The notes under the pieces are model-generated. The model was not told the origin of the DNA and did not search any database. It saw nothing but the letters and a program-made list of their open reading frames with translations. Below, piece by piece: positions 1 through 12,808 of a DNA stretch of 64,000 nucleotides. Both the position numbers and the translations under genes were made by a program. Source of the DNA: Eledone cirrhosa (taxonomy: Eukaryota); assembly GCA_964016885.1 (NCBI GenBank), contig OZ024745.1:99386001-99450000 (forward strand). Reading direction: 5' to 3'. Within the stretch, counting starts at the first letter, position 1; each line of letters starts with the position of its first letter.

Positions 1-368
1 AGTCAGTCCTTGGGTGATCTCTGCTTGCGCAGTGGTAACATGCGGGCCGCCTACCCTCAACCGAAATGTTTATGTAGGTCTGTCCATCCAGAGGTACTCT
101 TCGTGGGATTTTCATTATACGTTCTGGGCTCATCTGCACCAGAATTCCGACGCTAGTCCCACTAAATATATCTCTGGAGGATTTTTCTACTGAGATCAAA
201 ATGTCTTGTTCAAAGTCAATTAGGCCATAAAGTATCCACCAAATATCTACTTTGGGTCTTATGCATGTCATTTTTATTTTTTGCGTTTTTTTCCCATGTA
301 TGTAGGGAAAAATGTAAAATGGGTGGACACAATGGGCGCGATGGAATATTTTTGTGCTGTTATGTTGT

Positions 369-369
<1 letters not shown>
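1..369 (-). mobile_element. Tx1-like L1 ORF1 fragment (gag-like, zinc knuckle), 5'-truncated, running off the window edge
   Basis: Manual minus-strand translation gives ...FTFFPTYMGKKTQKIKMTCIRPKVDIWWIL...ILVQMSPERIMKIP...NISVEGRRPACYHCASRDHPRTD. This aligns with ORF1 at 12809 (YPSYMGRRTQ...VEGRRPACYLC) and at 19574. A short (GATA)n at about 413-428 lies upstream on the element strand. Confidence 0.9.
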
Positions 370-414
<45 letters not shown>

Positions 415-461
415 TAGATAGATAGATATATAGTTATGTGTGTGTGTTTGTAAGTATATAT

Positions 462-686
462 CAGGGGTGGTGGAAGTGGGGATGGACAGAAGTGCCATGA
501 CCCCCACCTCAATAATTATATTTTTCTCCCCAAACTGCCAAAACACACATCTATTTTTATATGAACTACAATTTATGTACATGTTATATTTATTGCATAT
601 CGAAGTTATTTTATATGTTGGTTGATATTTGATAATAACAGCTAAACTAATCACAACTAAATTCATAAATGATTCCACCGCCCCTG
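462..686. mobile_element. ~225-bp MITE with CAGGGG termini
   Basis: caggggtggtggaa (462-475) and ttccaccgcccctg (673-686) are a 13/14 inverted match; the interior is non-coding. Confidence 0.55.
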
Positions 687-758
687 ATTATATATATATA
701 TAAAACTTTGATAAGCCATGTCTAACTTATTAGTACCACCTCGCGAATTACATCTCAT

Positions 759-795
<37 letters not shown>

Positions 796-798
796 GAC

Positions 799-1010
799 GA
801 TCGACTTTCGTCAAATCGGACCGAGGGAACAATGTTTCCGTTGGTCTTTCCAATTGCTAATACTATCTATCGGTCGCAACTCCAGGTAGAAGGAGCAACG
901 TGAAATAAAGTGTCTTGCTCAAGGACATAACGCATCGCCTGGTCCAGGAATCGAACTCACAACCTTACGATTGCGAATCCAATTCTCTAACCACTCCGCC
1001 ACACGCCTTC
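799..1010 (-). mobile_element. tRNA-derived SINE
   Basis: The minus strand starts gaaggcgtgtggcggagtggttaga (A box) and has gagttcgattcc (B box), then a tgtccttgagcaagacacttta core. A second copy lies at 50890-51100. Confidence 0.85.
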
Positions 1011-1011
1011 A

Positions 1012-1072
<61 letters not shown>

Positions 1073-1085
1073 GACAGGAAGGTAT

Positions 1086-1128
1086 ACGTTGCTGACGATA
1101 GCTAATAAGCTTGAAACTAGTACAGCGT
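1086..1128 (+). ncRNA. Minimal type I hammerhead ribozyme (PLE-type)
   Basis: acgttg-CTGACGA-t-agct(aata)agct-t-GAAA-CTAG-TA-cagcgt: stems I and II, palindromic stem III and a GUA cleavage triplet. Confidence 0.8.
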
Positions 1129-1432
1129 TCCTTGGTCAGTGTTGAACAAACGAGCAACGATGGTTGCTGGACACTACGGCTTAATACGGGATGTTTGTTT
1201 ACAAACACACCGAGCATTATAATAAATGTTCGGTGAATCCATACGTACATATATATATGTGTACATGTATGTATATATATATACATACTACTGTACGTCT
1301 GTATACATATATGTATGTACGTGTACATACTTATATTTATACATATCAAGCGTTAACCTAATATATCCCTTCCATATACTGTACCGATTGTGTTGTTATT
1401 TCTGTTTATCTTTTGCATATATATATATAGTA

Positions 1433-1530
1433 ATAATTGTTTCTACTTTTGGCACAAGGCCAGCAATTTCCCAGTACATTACTGGTACTTTATTTTATCG
1501 ACCCCGTATGGATGAAAGGCAAAGTTAACC
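1433..1530 (-). mobile_element. Nin-domain-type SINE, 3' part
   Basis: Reverse complement of ctttgcctttcatcc.tacggggtcgataaaataaagtaccag...ggccttgtgccaaaagtagaaacaattatt, present in many copies in this window. Confidence 0.8.
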
Positions 1531-1558
1531 TTTAACAAAGTAATAATTATCTGTTATT

Positions 1559-1606
<48 letters not shown>

Positions 1607-1610
<4 letters not shown>

Positions 1611-1789
1611 GGCTTCTACAGGACTAGAACTGTTTCATTCGGGAGAAATCATCAGGGCTTCCTGATGATTTCTTCTCCCGAATGAAACAGTTCTAGTCCT
1701 GTAGAAGCCATTTCTATATTAGATATTTATACTCTGCTACGTATTGAGTACCTTACTTACTGTGGTTACCCCAGATTGAACCCGGGATA

Positions 1790-1795
<6 letters not shown>
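1607..1795. mobile_element. PLE-derived asymmetric foldback in (TA)n
   Basis: 1607-1655 is the inverted copy of 1662-1712. The right arm continues about 80 nt into a tail containing gtattgagtac. Both flanks are microsatellite. Confidence 0.75.
1656..1709 (+). ncRNA. Type I hammerhead ribozyme
   Basis: ggcttc-CTGATGA-tttcttctcccgaat-GAAA-CAG(ttctagtc)CTG-TA-gaagcc. Confidence 0.8.
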
Positions 1796-1874
<79 letters not shown>

Positions 1875-1895
1875 TTTCCTATATATATATATATA

Positions 1896-1935
1896 TAGGA
1901 AAATGTTTAACCCCGACGGCAGAGCTCCTTCGTTA
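1896..1935. mobile_element. Very short family-X PLE foldback remnant
   Basis: aggaaaatgtttaaccccgacggcagagct (inverted arm) is fused directly to the family-X tail end ccttcgtt; it sits in (TA)n. Confidence 0.6.
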
Positions 1936-2134
1936 TATATATATATGTATATACATACATATAGAAGGAGTCGATGTAGATTTTCATGAAAATATGTGTG
2001 TACGTGTGTGTATGCGTGTGTGTGTAGAAAATATCCGTAACATATACAAAAAGGAAAGTTTCACGAAACAAATAAACTTGATAAAAAGTTATATTGTAGA
2101 AAAACAAACAATCATTTATTTAACATTCTGTCTA

Positions 2135-2310
2135 ACATATACACAAAGCCAAGAATTTGGTGGCAGGGAAAAGTCTATTATATCCACTCCAATACTCAAC
2201 TTGTACTTTATGTTATCGACCCTGGAAGGATAAAAAGCATTTGAACTCAGTCCAGAACTGGAAGAAATACCGCAAGGAATTCGCCCGATGGAGTACCGAT
2301 TCTGCAAATC
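2135..2310 (-). mobile_element. Nin-type SINE, diverged
   Basis: gtactttatgttatcgaccctggaaggat...atttgaactcag...cgattctgc matches the other copies in reverse orientation. Confidence 0.65.
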
Positions 2311-2363
2311 CAATGCCCATATTCAGAATATTATTTCGTAATGATATTCTGAATATCATGAAT

Positions 2364-2537
2364 CGGTGAATTGGCAGTATCGGTAGAGGGTTGGACGCCA
2401 TGCTTTCTAGCATAGTTACGTCCCTTTACGGTCCGAGGTTGACTTTGCCTTTCATCCTTACGGGGTCGATAAAATAAAGTACCCGTAATGCACTGGGATA
2501 ATTGCTGGCCTTGTGCCAAAAGTAGAAACAATTATTT
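2364..2537 (+). mobile_element. Nin-type tRNA-derived SINE
   Basis: ggtgaattggcagtatcggtagag head, cctttcatccttacggggtcgataaaataaagtacc core and (att)n tail. Confidence 0.85.
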
Positions 2538-2549
2538 CGTAATATGAAT

Positions 2550-2601
<52 letters not shown>

Positions 2602-2610
2602 TTGAGGTCA

Positions 2611-2641
<31 letters not shown>

Positions 2642-2788
2642 TTGAGGTCAAATACCAACCCTACTAGCATCTACAAACTGACTATTCCTGCTTACAACAT
2701 TAAATTATTCCTAACAAGCTCATATGTCCCAAGGCTCTGATACCATCAACACTATAAACACAGAGCTGGCATATCTAAGAACTGACTA

Positions 2789-2844
2789 ACTGCCTGATGA
2801 GATCATAGCCATTCAATGGCTATCATCGAAATATATATAGCAGT
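2789..2844 (+). ncRNA. Type I hammerhead ribozyme in a PLE 3' remnant (2645-2890)
   Basis: actgc-CTGATGA-gatcatagcc(attcaat)ggctatcatc-GAAA-TATATA-TA-gcagt, followed by aataaa. Confidence 0.8.
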
Positions 2845-2908
2845 AAATAAAGGATTATGAGTTCATGCAATTGACTTGTGTTTCGTCACTATATATATAT
2901 ATATGAAA

Positions 2909-3046
2909 ATGTATGACCCCGACGGCAGAGCTCAAGCCGTTTCGACGGGTATTTCGCATTTTCCTATTACCCACTCTACTACCCTAAGTATTGAGTACTC
3001 TGGTGCGTTATGGACCATCTGGTTCCTTACCACAACTCCTTCGTTA
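2909..3046. mobile_element. Family-X PLE foldback remnant
   Basis: An inverted arm gaccccgacggcagagctcaagccgtttcgacgg is joined to the tail cctattacccactctactaccctaagtattgagtac...ccttcgtt, as at 29001, 47290 and 55470. Confidence 0.75.
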
Positions 3047-3060
3047 TATATATATATATA

Positions 3061-3218
3061 GTGAAATTCCGTTATAACGAAACTCATGGGGTACAAAACA
3101 AATTCGTGGTATGTAACGAAAAATTCTTTATAACGAGATCGACCTAACACATCAAGAGTTTTGGCCGGGGATTGAAAGAAATTTCGTTATACTGAAAAAT
3201 TCATTATAATGGTATTCG
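3061..3218. mobile_element. pogo/Tigger-like MITE, truncated by an RTE insertion
   Basis: Same family as 9711-9885, with the gtgaaattccgttataacgaa TIR. Confidence 0.7.
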
Positions 3219-3900
3219 AGTGCTGCACGGCTTGAATGAAAACCAGTGCTGCGAAAACTGAGACACTCGTCTTCTCAAGGAAGTCTGTGCTAGGCACTCT
3301 ATATGTGAATAGAGTTTCACTGAAGCAGGTAGAGAAGTTCAACTACCTCAGGGCCGTGTTCGCGAATGGTGGAAGGGAGGAGGCTGAATTAAGAGCAAGA
3401 ATTGCAGGAGCTAGTGCAGAAATGCGCCAGATTTACCATTCAGTAATGAAAGGAAGGGCGGTAGGCGTGCCAACCCTTACCTATGGTCATGAATCTTGGG
3501 TAATCACCGAAAGTATACGATTGCGAATACCCGATAACGTTACCCGATAGAGGGCGTAGCTCGGAGATCAGAGTCACTCCGGGTAGAGCGGCTACATGCT
3601 CATAGTATCACAGCTCCGATACTATGGGCATGGGGTTAGAATATCTCAGGAAAGAATCGCAGTAGAGATTTTACAGGCTAAATCAACCGGAAGGAGACCC
3701 AGGGGTAGATCCCGGGGGAAAATGGTTGGACACCATCCATGAGCTTTGCTGGTCTCACTTGGGGATCCAGCAGGATCAGTTGGAGACGGTTGCCTCTGAC
3801 AGGACCCGCTGGGAGGAGTGTTTGAGGACTCTGTATCCACGACCATCTCAGGAATAAGTGGGCGAAGAAGAAGAAGAAGGAGAAGGAGAAGGAGAAGAAG
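3219..3900 (+). mobile_element. RTE-clade (Rex3/Expander-like) LINE, 3' fragment
   Basis: ORF 3236-3550 (KTETLVFSRK...LKQVEKFNYL...RIAGASAEMRQIY...PTLTYGHESW) is followed by a GRRPRGR-type C-terminus and a (GAA)n tail. Confidence 0.85.
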
Positions 3901-4310
3901 ATTCTTGGTGTAAGTCCGTGCGTTGAACCAGATTTTTGCGACGGTCATGTGTGTCGTTGTTGGCAACATGATCTTCTCAATATATATATATATATAAATA
4001 TATATATATATAGTAATAATAATAAATCTGAAGACTAAAATCCGAAGAGGGCTCGATAAGGAGAATATATATATAAATATATATAAAAACCGTCTTCCTG
4101 TTTTCTTTCGTTTGCAACGTTTTTCGAAATATTTACTTCGGCGTCCACAGACTGATTTTTTTTTAGTTTCAGAAGATCCCGTTATGGGTTAAAGCATCGA
4201 TTCTTTGCTTAAACTTAATCTGTTATTTTAATAAATATATATACATGAATATATATATATTGAAAGAGTGAAGAATAACATGGTCAACAGTACAAAAAGG
4301 GGTTTTATTT

Positions 4311-4424
4311 ACAGTCTAACAATTGTTTCACTGATTAAGTTGTCTAAAAATTGCTGAACACTTGAAGCTGTGCCATTCAATTTTAAATACGTTATTAGCT
4401 TAACCAGATCATCAGAGAAACTGT
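4311..4424 (-). ncRNA. Type I hammerhead ribozyme with long stem II
   Basis: Minus strand: acagtttct-CTGATGA-tctggttaag...cttaatcagt-GAAA-CAATTG-TT-agactgt, then aataaa. Confidence 0.65.
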
Positions 4425-4604
4425 TAAAATATGTTCAGTTTTCACAAATTCAAATTACAACATCATTAATAAATAAAGAGAGAAAAAAAGAAAGAGTGGG
4501 AGAGAGAAAGAGAAGAGAAAAGGATAAAGAAAAAATAAAAGGTAAATAAAAATAAAGGGAAAAATAATGATATCAACAATAAATGAATAAATGCTAATAA
4601 ATAA

Positions 4605-4674
<70 letters not shown>

Positions 4675-4924
4675 GAAAGGTATAGAAAATATTGTAGCAA
4701 AAAGCCAACAATATTCCATAATATATAAGTGACTATAGCGTCAAAATGGGAAAAATAGTTAACGTAAGATGTGGGAAAAATAATTCAAACTCAACTCAAA
4801 AAGAATTAGGATATAGATTCATCCAACATAATTTAGTGAAATCCAGGGAAAAATCAATAGAGCCTTAACTCATGATAAAATAAAGTTTAAAATACTCATC
4901 CTTCAATTTGGGACAACTACAAAT

Positions 4925-5004
4925 GCTCTGTATAGTCTTGAAGACTATTTCACGAAAACTTTCAGTGGAGATGGTCACGGTTGGAATTCGATCCTCAGCA
5001 GAGC
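4925..5004 (-). ncRNA. Type I hammerhead ribozyme
   Basis: Minus strand: gctctg-CTGAGGA-tcgaa...ttcgt-GAAA-TAGTC(ttcaa)GACTA-TA-cagagc, with a 6-bp stem I and a full stem III. Confidence 0.8.
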
Positions 5005-5413
5005 TCAACTCGATAGCCAAATTTATCACTGATTAATATGCCAAAAAGGGAATTAAAAGCAGGCTGGTTTACCATCGTGCGTGATTATGAAAATAAAATC
5101 CACATGTGGAAAAACAAGGCTGGTGACGTCAGAATGAGACGAATGTTTGTTTACAAGAAACAACAGTCAAAAACATTCCGAAAAAACTCTACAATAAGGA
5201 GTTTAAAAAGCAACATTATCGCGGTTTTTTTTTTAAATTACCGGGATTAGTCACAAATAATTTAAGCACTATAGGAAAGAAATCCGAGTATGTATATATA
5301 TATATATGTATGTAGATATGGTGGTGGGTACGTGTTTATACTTTCTCGTGTGATAGATCACACGAGAATACACATGTTTGTCTGAAGAACAGAGTGCAAT
5401 CGTCGCAGATGCT

Positions 5414-5526
<113 letters not shown>

Positions 5527-5640
5527 TAAGAGGAATTCCAACTTTGTCTGATTTACTCGTTTTATTTACAATCCTTTAAAATATATATAATGGTATTATA
5601 ATGAAATAGTATGATAGAATATTAAATTCTAAGTGTTAAT

Positions 5641-5679
5641 TAAACAAGTACTTTCATGCTTTCGCAATCTTCAGGTTCA
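5641..5679 (-). ncRNA. Minimal hammerhead ribozyme (3' pLTR)
   Basis: Mirror of 7884-7922. Confidence 0.75.
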
Positions 5680-6056
5680 TGATATGTAGTGACAGTCGAG
5701 TTTGCAATTTTCAACTGTAATGAGATGGGTAAATTTCCTACCTTTTATACATTTTATACAGAGAAAAGTGGCTCCAGAATGCAAAGCCCTGTAAACTGTA
5801 TTTCGACCAATCAGTGTGTAGTTTCACTGAATTACTACAGCTGATTGGTTTAAGCGTCACGGCTGGTTGAGCATGCTAACGACCAATAGTCATATCCAAC
5901 GTATCAATTGTTTTGCTTTTTGAAATGATGAAAATAGCATTTTCTATTAATCATCACCATCAACATCACTTTTATTATTATTATTATTGTTGTTGTTGTT
6001 GTTGTTGTTAGTGGTCGTGGTCATAGTGGTAGTAGAAGTAATACCCCTAGGCGTTA

Positions 6057-7496
6057 TTATTGTTCATTTCGCTTGGGTTTGAATTTATCAATAAAATTCT
6101 TTTCTTTGATTTTTCTCTTGATTTCACTTCGGCTGTGTAATTTGTAGAATGGGAATATTATAAATATTCCCTGACCACATGTTGCCAGGTGGCCGCTTAG
6201 GGGTATCTGACGGACATTTGGGTCTCCGATTTGTTGACGGTGTACCCGTGCACGTTCCGATAGTGCATTTCCAGTTTGACCGACATATAGTTCTTCACAA
6301 TTCGGGCATTTAATGCAGTAAATTAGATTTCTGCTTTTGCAGTTCATATTTGCATTTGGGAATATTTTTCCAGTTTTTGTTTTCATATATTGACCGGCGT
6401 GTATGGATTGACATGTGCCGCATCGATTATCATTGCATTTAGATACAGTGAATGATTGGTCTTTGTTGTTAAGGTCAAACTTTGCTTTTGTTAGCAATTG
6501 CTTCAAATTTTTTGGCTGTCTTTTACTAAGAGTCAAAGATCGATCTGTGATTAAGCCTTTTAATTCATTACTTTGAGCAATGATCGGTAGGTTTGCTTTG
6601 GCAGTGTTGAAGATATTCTGGTGACATGGGTTGTGTGTCATTATAAATGGTATGACCAGTTCTTGGTTTCTTCTTCCTTGGGTTGTTCTAAGTTATTGTA
6701 TAGGTATTTTTATAGCCCGCTGTATGCCATTTTCTATAAGTAGAGATGGGTATTTTTGTTTGAGCAAAAATTCTCTTAGTTCTGTTAGGCGTTTGTACCT
6801 GGTATTCGTATCTTCTACAATGGTACAAATTCTTCTGGCTAGGCAGTATGGGATGTTGCGTTTTGTATGAAGTGGATGGCACGACTTAAAATTCAGATAT
6901 TGATGGGTGTCTGTGTGTTTATAATATATATCCGTGGTAATGGTGGTGTCGTTTTTGATTATCATTATATCTAGGAATGGTAATTTGGTCCTACTCATCT
7001 CTTTTGTGAATTGGAGAGATGGGTGTAGGTTATTCAGGAGGATATTGAACTCATCCAGAGTATCTAGAGATTCTGTCCAGATGATGAAACAGTCGTCAAG
7101 GTATCTCTTCCAAGATTTTTCAATGTACTTTCTAAAGTCAGTACTATATTTTTCCTCTATTTCTTGGTAGAGTTGTTGTTCTAAATATCCCATTACAGAG
7201 TTCGCGTAAACGGGAGCAAACTTGGTTCCCATCGCTGTGCCTCTAATTTGGATGTAATTCTTTCCATTGAAGAAGAAAGTGTTGTTTTCCAGAATAAGTT
7301 TAACTGCGTCTAATATAAATGGCGCTGTGAATCGAATGGGAATCACTTCTCTATGTTTTTCCACCCAGTATTTAACCGCCTTTATTCCTAAATCATGTGT
7401 AATGTTGGTGTAAAGGCTTACCACATCAAAACTGAGTAGAAGTGAATTCGTTTCCGTGGTTTTGGGAAGATGGGACAGGAAGTCGATATCATCCCG
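6057..7496 (-). pseudogene. PLE reverse transcriptase-GIY-YIG endonuclease ORF (5'-truncated, one in-frame stop at 6693)
   Basis: RT motifs SFDVVSLYTNI, GTAMGT, RYLDDCF and LPFLDI, then C-X4-C-X2-C and NLIYCIKC...LYVGQTG...RARVH (GIY-YIG). ORFs 6693-7424 and 6057-6641 share one frame. Confidence 0.95.
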
Positions 7497-7883
7497 GAAT
7501 GAACAATAATAACGCTTAGGGGTATTACTTCTACTACCACTATGACCACGACCACTAACAACAACAACAACAACAATAATAATAATAATAAAAGTGATGT
7601 TGATGGTGATGATTAATAGAAAATGCTATTTTCATCATTTCAAAAAGCAAAACAATTGATACGTTGGATATGACTATTGGTCGTTAACATGCTCAACCAG
7701 CCGTGACGCTTAAACCAATCAGCTGTAGTAATTCAGTGAAACTACACACTGATTGGTCGAAATACAGTTTACAGGTCTTTGCATTCTGGAGCCACTTTTC
7801 TCTGTATAAAATGTATAAAAGGTAGGAAATTTACCCATCTCATTACAGTTGAAAATTGCAAACTCGACTGTCACCACATATCA

Positions 7884-7922
7884 TGAACCTGAAGATTGCG
7901 AAAGCATGAAAGTACTTGTTTA
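7884..7922 (+). ncRNA. Minimal hammerhead ribozyme (inverted 5' pLTR)
   Basis: tgaac-CTGAAGA-ttgc(gaaa)gcat-GAAA-GTAC-TT-gttta. Confidence 0.75.
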
Positions 7923-8091
7923 ATTAACACTTAGAATTTAATATTCTATCATACTATTTCATTATAATACCATTATATATATTTTAAAGGATTGTAAATA
8001 AAACGAGTAAATCAGACAAAGTTGGAATTCCTCTTATTAATATAATCTTCTATACACAATCATACACACCCGTGTATATTTACCTATCTAT

Positions 8092-8520
<429 letters not shown>

Positions 8521-8523
8521 CCT

Positions 8524-8630
8524 TTATAACGAGATCGACCGAAACACATCGAGCAATCCCCGGGGATTGAAAAAAATTTCGTTATACTAAAAATTCATTA
8601 TAATGGTATTCGTTATAACGGAATTTTACC

Positions 8631-8632
<2 letters not shown>
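8524..8632. mobile_element. pogo/Tigger-like MITE, right half
   Basis: Matches about 9774-9885 and ends ttcgttataacggaattttacctg. Confidence 0.7.
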
Positions 8633-8674
<42 letters not shown>

Positions 8675-8680
<6 letters not shown>

Positions 8681-9039
8681 ATTAACAATATTAAATAAAT
8701 GGAAAACTATATTTATAAAACCATATTTATTTCATTATATATATTTCGGGGATATCATATTAACAATATGCTATGCCTTCTTCAAATGAAGTTGATGTTT
8801 ATTACGGTATGTCGAATATATTTATCTATAAAACTGTTTATATTGTATTTTGTCTGATGAAGGCATAGCATATTGTTAATATGATATCCCCGAAATATAT
8901 ATAATGAAATAAATATGGTTTTATAAATATAGTTTTCCATTTATTTAATATTGTAAATATACTCCAAATATTTGTCGAGTGCTTTTATATCAGTTATAAA
9001 TATTTACTAGTTGTAACCCAACAATTTTAAATATAACTT

Positions 9040-9043
<4 letters not shown>
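8675..9043. mobile_element. PLE-derived asymmetric foldback in (TA)n
   Basis: About 8687-8780 is inverted with 8859-8952. The right arm continues ~90 nt into a tail and contains a hammerhead. Confidence 0.75.
8847..8910 (+). ncRNA. Type I hammerhead ribozyme
   Basis: attttgt-CTGATGA-aggcatagcatattg(tt)aatatgatatcccc-GAAA-TATATA-TA-atgaaat. Confidence 0.7.
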
Positions 9044-9124
<81 letters not shown>

Positions 9125-9181
9125 ATATATATATATGTGTATATATATGTGTGTGTATATATATATATGTGTGTATATATA

Positions 9182-9280
<99 letters not shown>

Positions 9281-9569
9281 TTATATATATATACAAGTAT
9301 CCTATACTTATGGGAAATAGAGTGTAGATATCATAAGATTTAAGTTTAGCAATCGGCCATACATTTTTTTTCCGTTTCTTCTAACTCTCGTCTGTTTTTC
9401 TGTTTCTTATTTTAGCTCTCATTCTATCTTCTGGTGAAGGACTAACTTCTGAAACGTTAAAACTATTTTTCTACTATATCAAGCATTAAACTAACATATA
9501 TCATCATTGTTTCCCTGTGTTGTTTTTTTTCTTCTGTTTATTTTTAGAATACACACAGACAGACAGACA

Positions 9570-9634
<65 letters not shown>

Positions 9635-9710
9635 GCGCGCGCATACACACACACACATGCCCGCACAAAGATGTTATAAGAGTCAACATGAGACCGAGAA
9701 ATAAAGTATA

Positions 9711-9885
9711 CAGTGAAATTCCGATATAACGAAATTTACGGGGTATAAAAAAATTCGTTGTAACGAAAAGTTCTTTATAACGAGATCGACCGAAACACAC
9801 CAAGCATGTGGCCGGAGATTGAAAAAAAATTCGTTATACTGAAAAATTCGTTATAATGGTATTCGTTATAACGGAATTTTACCTG
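9711..9885. mobile_element. Complete pogo/Tigger-like (Tc1/mariner superfamily) MITE
   Basis: Imperfect TIRs cagtgaaattccgatataacgaa and ttcgttataacggaattttacctg, preceded by TA. Three copies are in the window. Confidence 0.75.
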
Positions 9886-10196
9886 TGATATTGAAAGCTT
9901 TGCTTTCAGTGTATAATCTACTAATACCCTCGCGTTAATTCTGGTTGCAAAGGTGCCATGGTGTCACACCTCGCTATACTTGGAATTAATATAATCTCTC
10001 TTCTAAAGAAGTAAATTAATTATTTGCTAGACGGAATATAAGTGCTGATAGTACAATAACATTGGCTGGCATTCTCGTCTAATTAGCAAATGTTCTCATC
10101 TGTTTAGCGATAGTTACACTCAGTGTATATTGTCTGTTTGAGATTTCCTGTCATCAATTATAAAATTGTTTCATATGATGTTTATTATGAATTATG

Positions 10197-10674
10197 TACA
10201 AGGGTCGGCTAAAAGGTTCATAGGTTCACTAAGGTACTCTCATGGAATGACCAAATCAGGTTTATTTTTCAATATTTTCCTTGGAAAGAAACAATGCAGT
10301 AATTAATAAGATATGTTGAAATTAATGGATGCAAGATTTCACAGCTCCAGCATCACTCATGGAACGAAGAAATGAGGTTTATTTTTCAACATAGTCTCTG
10401 GAAAGAAATAATGCAGTTATTAATATGAAGTGATGAAATTAATGCATGCAAGATTTCACAGCTCTAGCATCACTCCTTTATAGTCTGAAAGGTTCATAGG
10501 CTGACCAAGATACCCTCATGGAATGAACAAATGAGGTTGATTTTTCAACATAGCCCCTGGAAAGAAACAATGCAGTTATTAATGTGAAGTGTTGAAATTA
10601 ATACATGAAATATTTCACAGCTCTAGCATCACGTTTTCATAATCAGCCTATGAACGTTTCAGCCGACCCTCGTA
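10197..10674. mobile_element. mariner-type MITE with internal tandem repeats
   Basis: TIRs tacaagggtcggctaaaaggttcatagg and cctatgaacgtttcagccgaccctcgta. Three internal ~115-bp repeats run from ctcatggaa to cacagctc.agcatcac. Confidence 0.8.
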
Positions 10675-10942
10675 TATACATTTATATGTTATTTTGTATG
10701 TTTTGCAAGATCTTGATGTGAAATTGTGAGTTGAAACAGGTATTGTTATACTTTAGGAGGGTCATGCTGTCAACGCACACACACAAGTTGGGTTTCACTT
10801 CGATTGGCTGGTTGTTTATTAAAAACATTTCTGGGGCAGGCTCCAAATCCTCTGCCTATATTGACATTTTTTTATGTAGTATTACCGATAATTTTTTATT
10901 GCACGCCATGTAAATCTACTGTTCAACAAAAATGCGTACATA

Positions 10943-11683
10943 TCTGAGGGTCATTGTTAGGCTATCTACTGATTCAGTCTACAAATAGACTTCACACTAC
11001 TTGTGTTGAATTTCTAACTCCATGCCGACAGAAATCTTTCATAAATTTTGACTAATCCGCTACTGAGACACGCGAAATGTTTTGCCAGGCGTTTGGTGAA
11101 CACTCTTTGGGTGGAACACAGGATTTGAATACTTTGTGTGTTTCCAGGCTGGTCGAGTTTCGGTTCATGTTGATGAACTATAGAAAAAAAAACAAAAAGA
11201 AACAGAACATGTGGGAAAAATTCGTGAACTTATCCATAAGGATCGTTGCTGAGCAGTACATCAACTACCTGATATGAGTGGAATAAGTTATGGAGTCTGC
11301 CAGGATATTCTCATGGGATAACCTAAACATGCTGTTCCGAAGATTGTCCCCAGGCTTTCAACACACGATCAGAAGTATTCATCTGATGTAATCCCCTGTG
11401 GAGTTTTCGTGTTTTCCAAAATTTATTTCAAGTAGAAGGGAAATCGTTTCGAGACGTCAGATGAAATTGAAACGAAATAGTAGATGGTATTGAACAGCCT
11501 TCAGGAAAGAGACATCCGCAGTACTTTTGAGGTGTGGAAGTCTCAATGCGGTCGATGTATATGTTCCCAAGGACACTATTTGGAAGGAGTTGATACCCGA
11601 GTATAAATTATATATGAAATACATGATTTACTGGTGTATAATTTGCTATGTCTAGTCAGGGAACATCCTGAGTTCACTTCGTT
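10943..11683 (+). mobile_element. Degenerate, internally deleted mariner transposon
   Basis: N-terminal HTH region SATETREMFCQAFGEHSL, then a C-terminus YSSDVIPCG...KGNRFETSDEI...WKSQCGRCICSQGHYLEG (YSPDLAP-like and G.Y.E motifs). Confidence 0.8.
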
Positions 11684-11869
11684 AGACAATAGAGGTTATA
11701 AGTGATATTTTCACTGAATTTAAAAAAAAAAAAAATGTCTCGCTGGGTATGAATCTGTTGAATATCGATAGTTTAACATTAATTCAGGAAATCAATGATC
11801 CAGGAAAAAATTGGTCGGAGGCTAACATGCTTCTCAAAGGAATTATCAAATCGTGTTGTTTTGAAGCAA

Positions 11870-12540
11870 GATCATTGCCAATGTATATCAAATCATTAAT
11901 TTAATATGTATTGCCAAGTTAAAGTAAGTAATGAATGAAGGTCTATTAGAAAAGTTTTTTCCCGGAGGGAGAAAATGGTCTTCTCCTTTAGTGTTTGTGT
12001 GAAAGGCGGATGAAAATCTCAGATTATGTAGAGTGTATAAAGTAGGAAGATTTCTTAGCCCATCTACTTTGGTGGGCCAGCAATTTATTCAGACTCCTAT
12101 CCAGCTTCAAATACTAAATCAATATTTCATTCTCTTTCTGGCACAAATAGCTTCACTAAATTTCAATTCTCTTCTTGGCATGAATTATTTGACTAGATTG
12201 GATTTGAAGGGGAAATATCACCAGATAGAAATATATTTTGAAGCGAGAGGAGTTATAACGATAATTGTAGGAATAGGTATTTTAAGATAGACATTTCCTT
12301 CATTTGGAATTAAACAGCTGACACGCTTTTTCAGTGAACAATTGAATATGATATAAATGAAGATCATAATTGCCTTGTATATTTATATGAGGTGTGTATT
12401 ACCTCTAAAACTATTGAAAATCAAGGCAGCAAAGATCATGAAATAAGTTGGAATTATCTGGCTAAATCCTAATAGTTGATATATATAGTCTGGGTGATCA
12501 GAAGTGTTAAGAGTTTACAATAAATAAGCAGAAACAGTTG
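11870..12540 (+). mobile_element. Degenerate Ty3/Gypsy RT remnant
   Basis: WSSPLVFV*KADENLRLC, LDLKGKYHQIEI and PSFGIK motifs, with stops and frameshifts. Confidence 0.7.
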
Positions 12541-12576
12541 AACAAATATTAAGAAATGTATTTGCTAGAAACAACC

Positions 12577-12606
<30 letters not shown>
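12577..12606. repeat. (CTAT)n target microsatellite, left of the Tx1 array
   Basis: Read directly. The same repeat separates the copies at 18311-18378, 19343-19355, 24524-24557 and 25782-25796. Confidence 0.95.
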
Positions 12607-12607
<1 letters not shown>

Positions 12608-12808
12608 GATAGAGTAAGACACGCTTCGCATCGGCTCCGCTATTCCATCGGGATTTACCCTTACTATTGTAAGTACCGGATAAATTTTTTAGTGCAACAC
12701 ATTTGGAACACTAACCCCTGTTATTTAGGGAAACATTTTTGCATTTACCCCCTTTTTAGGGGGTAAAATAAATATCTATTTTTGCCGAAAAATTTCTTTC
12801 TTGGCAGC

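Noticed and set aside
930-1010. tRNA-like sequence with A and B boxes (also at 47505, 51020 and 54640)
   Set aside because: Each is attached to a multi-copy SINE body and lacks a proper acceptor stem, so these are SINE heads, not tRNA genes.
10230-10640. Spaced direct repeats resembling an array such as CRISPR
   Set aside because: The ~115-bp units lack unique spacers and lie inside mariner-type TIRs in eukaryotic DNA.
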